From positions 1 to 50,844 of the forward strand of contig JBKCJY010000400.1 of NCBI GenBank assembly GCA_046301455.1: DNA of 50,844 bases, in the 5' to 3' direction. This DNA is from Chitinophagaceae bacterium. Lineage in GTDB: Bacteria > Bacteroidota > Bacteroidia > Chitinophagales > Chitinophagaceae. This document shows positions 37,705 to 45,019 of the stretch, piece after piece. The first letter of the stretch is position 1; each line of letters starts with the position of its first letter. Both the position numbers and the translations under genes were made by a program. The notes under the pieces are model-generated. The model was not told the origin of the DNA and made no database searches. It saw only the letters and a program-made list of their open reading frames with translations.

Positions 37705-39249
37705 ATGAACACGAAAGGTTTAGCACTCTTAGTTTTTTTATTATCGGCTATTACTGCATCTGCGCAGCGTATTTATTATGCTGAGCCCGACCGTGATGAT
37801 TTGCGCCAAATGCGGTTTGAAATTTTGGGTAAATACAATAATCAATATCTTATTTATAAAAATATCCGCAGCAGGCATTATATCTGTGTTTATAGTCCGG
37901 ATATGAAGATAAAAGATAAGATTGATCTTGATTTTATCCCTGACAGAGTGCGCAGCGTTGATATTTTCAGCAATCCTGAGTTTTCAGTTTTATTTTACCA
38001 GTATGAAAAAAAGAATATCGTATACCTTATGGGTGTGCGTATTGATGGCAATGGGAAAAAAATGAGTGAGCCTCAGGAATTGGATACGACAAGGATTGGG
38101 GGACTGAGTGATAACAAAGTGTATTCGCTCATTACAAGTGATGATAAGAAAAAAATCATGGCGTTTAAAATGAAAATTAAACAGAGGGATGATTTTTTGA
38201 TTCAAACCCTGCTCATGAACAATAACTTAATTCCTGTTCGTAAAGCCGCTTTCAATTACAGGCTGGAGAATAATAAAGAATCGATAGCAGATTTTTATCT
38301 GGATAATGAAGGGAATTTTCTTTTCAGTCATATATCACGGCCGCAACAGCGTGAATATATTAATGAAGCAAAGCTGGCAGTACTTCAAACTTATTCTGAT
38401 ACAGTAAAAGTTTTTCCACTTGGTATCAAAAATGTTTTTCTGGATGAGCTGCGTATAAAAGTTGATAATCTTAATGGCCGCTACCTGCTCTCTTCACTCT
38501 ACTCAAAAGCAAAGCGTGGCAATATTGATGGTTTGTTTATATGTGTAATCAACAAGAGCCTCAATGATCCTGATATAGAACATGCCATTGAATTTTCAGA
38601 AGATTTCAGGGCGCAGGCAAAAGGAGAGTCATCCATCAAAATGGCTTTCAATGATTATTATTTGAAGCACTTTATTGTAAAAAAAGATGGCGGAGTACTT
38701 ATAACTGGAGAAAGCGCTTATACCAACAATCGGGGTAATAATTTCAACCGCTGGGATAATCCGTGGATGTGGAACAGCCCTTGGAATAATTACTGGGGCT
38801 GGAACTCCTGGAACAACTGGGGCGGCTGGGGTAATAACTGGGGCTGGGGTAGTCCCTGGGGTATGGGTGGGTTTGGTCCTAATCAGCAAACACGCTATTT
38901 TGCTGATAATGTTATTGTTCTTTCATTGAATAAAGATGCCAACATGCAATGGCAAAATGTAATTAACAAAAGCCAGTTTGATGATAATACAGATAACATG
39001 CTCTCATATCAAATCATGAACTCCGGTGCAGAGCTGCTCTTTTTGTACAATGAATGGAACAGAAGAACTCCCATGCTCAATGCACAATCTTTATCGCCCG
39101 ATGGTAAAATAAGTAAAGAACCACCACTTAAAAGTTTAGACAAGGGTTATGAGTTTATGATACGCCTCGGCAAGCAGGTGGGTCCACGTGAAATGATTGC
39201 TCCCGCCGTTTATCGTAATGCATTCAGTTTTACAAGAATTGAATTTTGA
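37705..39249 (+). CDS. Secreted beta-rich hypothetical protein with a Trp/Asn/Gly low-complexity insert
   Basis: Signal ending ASA-Q; 514 aa; W-rich segment at 38752-38859. Confidence 0.85.
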   Translation: MNTKGLALLVFLLSAITASAQRIYYAEPDRDDLRQMRFEILGKYNNQYLIYKNIRSRHYICVYSPDMKIKDKIDLDFIPDRVRSVDIFSNPEFSVLFYQYEKKNIVYLMGVRIDGNGKKMSEPQELDTTRIGGLSDNKVYSLITSDDKKKIMAFKMKIKQRDDFLIQTLLMNNNLIPVRKAAFNYRLENNKESIADFYLDNEGNFLFSHISRPQQREYINEAKLAVLQTYSDTVKVFPLGIKNVFLDELRIKVDNLNGRYLLSSLYSKAKRGNIDGLFICVINKSLNDPDIEHAIEFSEDFRAQAKGESSIKMAFNDYYLKHFIVKKDGGVLITGESAYTNNRGNNFNRWDNPWMWNSPWNNYWGWNSWNNWGGWGNNWGWGSPWGMGGFGPNQQTRYFADNVIVLSLNKDANMQWQNVINKSQFDDNTDNMLSYQIMNSGAELLFLYNEWNRRTPMLNAQSLSPDGKISKEPPLKSLDKGYEFMIRLGKQVGPREMIAPAVYRNAFSFTRIEF

Positions 39250-39321
39250 TGGATGTGTGCGGTAATTTATTTGGTGAATTGATTTTCTTTAACAATGTTT
39301 GCGGCTGAACTTTTACAACAC

Positions 39322-40305
39322 GTGATCCGATTTTTTTCAGTAAACAATCCGCTTAATCTTTTTATTCTCCTGTTTCTGGGCATTTTGCTTAAGATGCCGT
39401 TTTTTATGGAACCGGTGCTTCCGCCTTTAAATGAAACTGACGGATTTTTATACAAGCAATTGATTCAATGGCTTGAAAAACCGGGACAGGTGTTTCCTCA
39501 GCTTTATCCCATTATTTCCTACCTGCTCATTTTCATGCAGGCAGTTACGCTCAACGGATTTATTAATGATCAGAAGCTTTTTCCATCCACCAATTTTTTG
39601 GTGGCATTTGCTTTGCTGCTGCTCACCAGTTTGGTTCCACAATGGAATACACTTTCGCCCGGCATTATTATCAACACCATTATGGTAAGCATACTGCCAT
39701 CTATGGTAAGTTTATATCACAATCAAAAAGTAAAAGGCCTCCTGTTTAATATCGGGTTTGGTTTTGGCATTTGTTCCTTTATTTATTTTCCGGCAGTTTA
39801 TTTTATACTGCTTTTAATTATTGCATTGGCTTTGTTTCGACCTGTTCAAATTACTGAGTGGTTGGTAACAATCATCGGACTGTTTACGCCTTTCTATTTT
39901 TTGTTTGTTTACTTTTTTGTATGGGATCAATGGCAGCGTGTATTCGAAATTATTCCACATCATCAGCTTTCATTTCCAATAATTAAAGTTAACTGGCAGT
40001 TTTGGGTAATCATTTCTTTACTCTTATTTCCAACTATTATTGGCTTCTTCATCAGCAACCGTTACAGTGTGCGTCTGGTGTTGCAGGTGCGCAAAAACTG
40101 GAATCTTCTGTTTTATTATTTCCTCATAGCGTTGAGTATTCCCTTTATCAACAACAACAGTAGTTTGAGTCATTTTATACTTGCTGTTATACCCATCAGC
40201 ATTTATACATCAGCGTTTTATGCATTTCCATCAGGCAAGCGGTTGATGGAACTTACTGTGTGGATGAGTTTTGCCTGGATTGCATGGCAGTATTTCAATT
40301 CCTGA
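39322..40305 (+). CDS. Polytopic membrane protein (DUF6427-like)
   Basis: Many TM helices; probable GTG start at 39322; the family name is recalled, not searched. Confidence 0.75.
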   Translation: MIRFFSVNNPLNLFILLFLGILLKMPFFMEPVLPPLNETDGFLYKQLIQWLEKPGQVFPQLYPIISYLLIFMQAVTLNGFINDQKLFPSTNFLVAFALLLLTSLVPQWNTLSPGIIINTIMVSILPSMVSLYHNQKVKGLLFNIGFGFGICSFIYFPAVYFILLLIIALALFRPVQITEWLVTIIGLFTPFYFLFVYFFVWDQWQRVFEIIPHHQLSFPIIKVNWQFWVIISLLLFPTIIGFFISNRYSVRLVLQVRKNWNLLFYYFLIALSIPFINNNSSLSHFILAVIPISIYTSAFYAFPSGKRLMELTVWMSFAWIAWQYFNS

Positions 40306-40310
40306 TTTAT

Positions 40311-40402
40311 TTTTTGGTTACAAGCTATTGCAACTTTGGCATCGTCCCTTGACTTCGAATCATCCAGTGAGTGATTCGCAGACTTCAGGGTTCTGTTTTC
40401 AA
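40311..40402 (-). repeat. Interspersed repeat copy D, with palindromic insert
   Basis: 40353-40380 is 27/28 identical to the reverse complement of 43895-43922; both share the end block tttttggttac. Confidence 0.8.
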
Positions 40403-40507
40403 ATAGAGCAAGTCGGCAATCAAACCCTATCGTCAGTCTTACAATCATCCGCTATAAACAACAAACCCACAGCCTCAAAACCATTCCTTTTTTACAGCCC
40501 TTTGCTT

Positions 40508-40515
40508 TACCTTTG
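40508..40515 (+). promoter_or_regulatory. -7 promoter element of purQ
   Basis: TACCTTTG = TAnnTTTG, ending 27 nt before the ATG. Confidence 0.65.
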
Positions 40516-40541
40516 CCACTTTCTTAACAACTTCATAAAGT

Positions 40542-41216
40542 ATGAAATTTGGTGTGGTCGTTTTCCCCGGCAGTAATTGTGATAGAGATATGCAGGATGC
40601 ACTGCAAAATGATATGAATCAGGAAGTAATTATGCTCTGGCATAAGGATAAAGATCTGAGCATGTTTACCACAGATGATTGTATTGTACTGCCCGGAGGT
40701 TTTTCTTATGGCGATTATTTACGTTGCGGTGCCATTGCCCGTTTCAGCCCCATGATGGAAAGTGTAATTGCTTTTGCCAATAAAGGCGGTAAAGTGCTGG
40801 GTGTCTGCAATGGTTTCCAGATTTTGTGCGAAAGCCATTTATTGCCGGGTGCATTGTTGCGTAATGCCAATCAAAAGTTCATATGTAAAAATGTATACTT
40901 AAACGGAGTTGGCGGCACAGCTTTAAAAATCCCAATTGCACATGGCGAGGGAAGATATTTTGCCGATGAACAAACTTTGGATGCGTTGGAAGCAAACGGA
41001 CAGATCATTTACCGGTATTGCGATGAATTTGGTAAAGAAACTGCTGAATCAAATCCCAACGGTGCCATCCGCAATATTGCCGGTATATGCAACAAAGAGG
41101 GTAATGTATTTGGTATGATGCCTCATCCGGAACGTGCTACCAGCGAATTGCTGGGCAATACAGATGGCCGCAAAATTCTGAATGCTTTGTTAATCAATGC
41201 AGCGGTGACGGTTTAA
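40542..41216 (+). CDS. purQ: Phosphoribosylformylglycinamidine synthase glutaminase subunit PurQ
   Basis: [41 protein letters not shown]. Confidence 0.98.
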   Translation: MKFGVVVFPGSNCDRDMQDALQNDMNQEVIMLWHKDKDLSMFTTDDCIVLPGGFSYGDYLRCGAIARFSPMMESVIAFANKGGKVLGVCNGFQILCESHLLPGALLRNANQKFICKNVYLNGVGGTALKIPIAHGEGRYFADEQTLDALEANGQIIYRYCDEFGKETAESNPNGAIRNIAGICNKEGNVFGMMPHPERATSELLGNTDGRKILNALLINAAVTV

Positions 41217-41324
41217 GTCGGCTGTTTGTTAATCATTCAAAGCAGTTCATCCTAAATTTGTGATAGTTATTACAAAGTAAGTGCAACTTTACATTCAATT
41301 TTGCCTTCCTGTAAAAAAAGAAAT

Positions 41325-41777
41325 ATGAAGAAGTTTGGTTTATTAGTCATCATCAATTTTATTGCTGCTTCAATCTTTGCTCAAAGCGGCACTAAAGTAA
41401 AATGGGAGTTCATCTCTAAAAAGATTGCAGATAAAAAATATGAAATAAGGCTGGTAGCAACCATTCAGCCGGGCTGGCATATCTATAGCCAAAATCAAAG
41501 TGCGGATGCAATTGCATTACCCACAACAATAAAATTTGTAAATAATCCTTTGGTGGTACTTAATGGCAAGCCTAAAGAAGTGGGTAAGCTTTTTGATCAG
41601 TTTGATAAAGCCATCAATGCACGTTCAAAATATTACAGTAACAAAGTGGAGTTTGTGCAAACCATTACTCTCAAGAGTAATGTAAAAACGGCTATCACAG
41701 GTGAAGTAGAGTTTATGGTTTGTGACGATAGACAATGCCTGCCTCCTGATGTTGCAAAATTTTCGGTTAAATTATAA
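41325..41777 (+). CDS. Stand-alone DsbD N-terminal (alpha) domain protein
   Basis: Signal ending IFA-Q; GWHIYS; GEVEFMVCDDRQCLPP Cys pair; start placed at ATG 41325. Confidence 0.88.
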   Translation: MKKFGLLVIINFIAASIFAQSGTKVKWEFISKKIADKKYEIRLVATIQPGWHIYSQNQSADAIALPTTIKFVNNPLVVLNGKPKEVGKLFDQFDKAINARSKYYSNKVEFVQTITLKSNVKTAITGEVEFMVCDDRQCLPPDVAKFSVKL

Positions 41778-41782
41778 ATGAA

Positions 41783-41843
41783 ATAATCATTAAAAATTAT
41801 CAACCAATTTAAAATAAAAGAGATGATAATTTTTAATGATTAT
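41783..41843. repeat. Perfect 20-bp inverted repeat with a 21-nt spacer
   Basis: ataatcattaaaaattatca (41783-41802) / tgataatttttaatgattat (41824-41843). Confidence 0.9.
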
Positions 41844-41879
41844 ACTATTTGGCCAAAAATCAATAATAATTAACACATG

Positions 41880-41907
41880 AAAATCCCGTTACCTCAACGG
41901 GATTTTT
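41880..41907 (+). terminator. Terminator-like hairpin just before dsbD
   Basis: aaaatcccgtt-acctc-aacgggatttt. Confidence 0.7.
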
Positions 41908-41922
41908 GATACAAGTTATACG

Positions 41923-43854
41923 ATGAAACAATTACTGCTTTTCTTTTTTATTTGTTGTTCCCTTTCTGCTTTGGCTCAGGATTCATCTGTAGTTTCATGG
42001 AAAGTAGAAAGTAAAAAGATTGCAGCCAGTGAGTACGAGTTGCTTTTTACAGGAACAGTAAAAGAAGGAAAGTTTTTATACATCGCTTCCAAATCAGGTA
42101 CATCCATTGAGCCGATCAAAGTGGTGTTTACCGACAGTTCCATTATTGCAGTAAACATTCCTGAGGTAACAAAGGGCGGCAGCCTCATGAATGATGCTTT
42201 GTTTGCCAATGAAAAAATGCAGATAGCCTCCGGTGAAGTAAAGCTTGTACAAAAAGTAAACTTCATTAGTACGGTACCCCTCAATCTTAAAGGAAAGCTG
42301 GTTTATGCTACTGGTGGTAAAGATGAATTTTTACCTGGGGAATTTGAATTTGATGTAACACTTGAAGGCGGTGTATCACAAAAAGCAAGAATAAAGATTG
42401 AAAGTATTGATATTAACAACCCTCAGGTGAATTGTGGTGATGAAGGCACAGAAGGAAAAAGTTTGTGGGGCATTTTTTTATTAGGATTGGTGGGAGGTTT
42501 TATTGCATTGCTCACACCTTGCGTATTTCCATTGATACCATTAACTGTTTCTTTTTTTACTAAACGCAGCGGCAGTAAAGGCAAAGGCATACGCAATGCA
42601 GTGATGTATGGCTTTTTTATTTTTCTGATTTATGTATTGTTGAGTTTGCCTTTTCATTTGCTGGATCAAACAGACCCTGAAATTCTTAATAACATTTCAA
42701 CCAACGTTTGGCTTAACATTATCTTCTTTGTCATCTTCATAGTGTTTGCCATTTCTTTCTTTGGTTATTTTGAAATTACATTGCCCGGCAACCTTGCAAG
42801 CGGTGTTGATTCAAAAGCCGGAGTTACCAGTTTCATTGGTATATTCTTTATGGCACTAACGTTGGCCATTGTTTCATTCTCCTGCACAGGTCCCATACTT
42901 GGTTCATTGCTGGCAGGTGCGTTAACAAAAGACGGCGGCGCCATGCAGTTAAGTTTTGGTATGGGTGGTTTTGGATTGGGATTGGCTTTGCCTTTTGCAT
43001 TGTTTGCCATGTTTCCTAACTGGTTGCAATCCTTACCCAAGAGTGGTGGATGGTTGAATACAGTGAAAGTGGTGTTGGGATTTTTGGAACTGGCTATGGC
43101 AGTGAAGTTTTTAAGCAATGCAGATTTGGTAATGCAATGGAAGTTATTGCCGAGAGAAGTGTTTATCGGCATTTGGGTGTTGATTGGATTGTTGGTTGTT
43201 TTGTACCTGCTTGGCTTCATCAAATTTCCGCATGATGATAAAAAGGTGAAGATTGGTGGTGTTCGATGGACTTTTATTGCTTTGTTTGCTGCATTCACCA
43301 TTTATATTGCTCCGGGTGTTACCAATACAAAATGGGCACAGTTGCCATTGATCAGTGGTTTTCCTCCACCGCTCTGTTACAGTGCATATAGTCATCCGGT
43401 GAATTGTGAAAAATCATTAGAGCCATTGCGTGATTATAATGAAGCATTGGCGCTTGCAAAAAAGCTTAATAAACCTTTGTTGATTGATTTTACAGGTTGG
43501 GCTTGTGTAAACTGCCGCCGCATGGAAGAAAATGTGTGGACAGACCCTACTGTTCTTTCAATGATGAAGAATGAATTTGTAGTGGTGAGTTTGTATGTAG
43601 ATGAACGGAAAGTATTGCCCGCTGCACAACAGCAAACATTCCTCACCAAATCAGGAAACAAAAAACAAATTATTACTGTAGGCGATCAGTGGGCTACATT
43701 CCAGAGCGAAAACTTTAATGCAGTAGCACAACCGCAGTACGCCATCATCAGCTTAGATGAAAAAGCATTGACCAAGACAAAAGCATACACGCCCAACCCA
43801 AGAGAGTTTCAGCAGTGGTTGGAATGCGGATTGGAAGCGTTTAAAAAGAAATGA
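41923..43854 (+). CDS. dsbD: Thiol:disulfide interchange protein DsbD
   Basis: TM-domain Cys in LTPCVFP and FSCTGP; LPKSGGWLN; thioredoxin DFTGWACVNC. Confidence 0.93.
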   Translation: MKQLLLFFFICCSLSALAQDSSVVSWKVESKKIAASEYELLFTGTVKEGKFLYIASKSGTSIEPIKVVFTDSSIIAVNIPEVTKGGSLMNDALFANEKMQIASGEVKLVQKVNFISTVPLNLKGKLVYATGGKDEFLPGEFEFDVTLEGGVSQKARIKIESIDINNPQVNCGDEGTEGKSLWGIFLLGLVGGFIALLTPCVFPLIPLTVSFFTKRSGSKGKGIRNAVMYGFFIFLIYVLLSLPFHLLDQTDPEILNNISTNVWLNIIFFVIFIVFAISFFGYFEITLPGNLASGVDSKAGVTSFIGIFFMALTLAIVSFSCTGPILGSLLAGALTKDGGAMQLSFGMGGFGLGLALPFALFAMFPNWLQSLPKSGGWLNTVKVVLGFLELAMAVKFLSNADLVMQWKLLPREVFIGIWVLIGLLVVLYLLGFIKFPHDDKKVKIGGVRWTFIALFAAFTIYIAPGVTNTKWAQLPLISGFPPPLCYSAYSHPVNCEKSLEPLRDYNEALALAKKLNKPLLIDFTGWACVNCRRMEENVWTDPTVLSMMKNEFVVVSLYVDERKVLPAAQQQTFLTKSGNKKQIITVGDQWATFQSENFNAVAQPQYAIISLDEKALTKTKAYTPNPREFQQWLECGLEAFKKK

Positions 43855-43873
43855 ATGAATGTTTTGCCGCCAT

Positions 43874-43963
43874 GAAAAACTGAACTTACAAGAGTGCGAA
43901 TCATTCACTGGATGATTCGAAGGCAAAACCGCTGCTACCTGCACTTCAGCCCGTAACCAAAAA
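43874..43963 (+). repeat. Interspersed repeat copy E, with palindromic insert
   Basis: tacaagagtgcga[atcattcactggatgattcgaa]ggcaaaaccgctgcta...gcccgtaaccaaaaa. Confidence 0.8.
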
Positions 43964-43989
43964 TGTATTTGTATTTCTCTTCTTTGTGT

Positions 43990-44017
43990 AAAATAAAAAA
44001 TCCCGCTGTGGCGGGAT
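43990..44017 (-). terminator. Intrinsic terminator of the sigma factor gene
   Basis: atcccgc-N4-gcgggat with a T tract on the - strand. Confidence 0.8.
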
Positions 44018-44039
44018 CTCTTATACAGTGTAGTTTCTT

Positions 44040-44621
44040 TTACAGTGAAATTTGTTTTTCCATCATCATCTTACGCATGTTAATGAGTCCGTAGCGCATG
44101 CGGCCCAGTGCAGTGTTGATGCTGCAATTGGTGAGCCCGGCAATTTCTTTAAAACTCAAATCAGCAAAATGACGGAGTACGATCACTTCTCTTTGTTCCT
44201 CGGGTAACAAATCCAGCATACGACGGATACGGTCGTAGCTTTGGTTTTTCATCATCTTTTGCTCAGCATTGTCTTCGCTGAAATTCAGTACTTCAAAAAT
44301 ATCATGGTTGTCACTTGTTTTAATAATGGGTGTGCGTTTTACACGGCGAAAATGATCCACACAAAGATTGTGTGCAATACGCATAGCCCAAGGTAGAAAT
44401 TTTCCTTCCTCGGTATAACGGTTGCCACGGATGGTATCAATTACACGAATGAACACTTCCTGGAAGAGATCTTCTGCCAGATATTTATCTTTCACCAAAA
44501 GAACAATAGAGGTGAAGAGCTTGTCTTTATGACGAAGCACAAGTGTTTCCAGGGCAGAGGAATCTCCATCCTTAAATTGGTGTACCAGTTGCTGGTCAGT
44601 AAAATGTTCGTGTGTACGCAT
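44040..44621 (-). CDS. ECF-type sigma-70 family RNA polymerase sigma factor
   Basis: AEDLFQEVF, FLPWAMRIAHNLCVDHFRR (region 2); LPEEQREVIVLR...LSFKEIA...INTALGRMR (region 4); no adjacent anti-sigma gene. Confidence 0.95.
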   Translation of the reverse strand: MRTHEHFTDQQLVHQFKDGDSSALETLVLRHKDKLFTSIVLLVKDKYLAEDLFQEVFIRVIDTIRGNRYTEEGKFLPWAMRIAHNLCVDHFRRVKRTPIIKTSDNHDIFEVLNFSEDNAEQKMMKNQSYDRIRRMLDLLPEEQREVIVLRHFADLSFKEIAGLTNCSINTALGRMRYGLINMRKMMMEKQISL

Positions 44622-45019
44622 ACAATTCTACGGTTGATGGTTTTCAATAAAAAGTACTTACAAAAAATGTTTTACAGAAATTGTAATTGAGTAGAAGTTG
44701 TAGCTATAGGCAGAAATAAAATTTAGGCTCGTTTAGGAATATTGAATTTCAGATATAAAAATAGAAGAAAAAATTGAACTAACCAACATTCAGAATAATT
44801 TAACGTATAGCCACGCAGCATTTAACTGCGTATTTTCCGAAGAGGGTTGGGTAATGTTACGATTGTCTACTCATTAATGCCATAAAGAACAAAACAACTT
44901 TGACAAAATTCAAAGTTCGTTTTTGAATTCAGTCAGCCTTTTAAAACTATGGCAAAGCTTCTGATTTACTGTAATTGCCTGCCAATTTACAGCCTGTTTT
45001 CTTCTAAATTTGTGTTCTT

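Noticed and set aside
40271-40576. ORFs 40271-40576(+) and 43753-43944(-) sharing the peptide SNHPVxDS
   Set aside because: The shared peptide is just the translation of the DNA palindrome, and both ORFs overlap real genes
40311-43963. CRISPR array or composite transposon from the 28-nt repeats
   Set aside because: Only two copies, inverted and 3.5 kb apart; no spacers, cas genes or transposase; cargo is housekeeping
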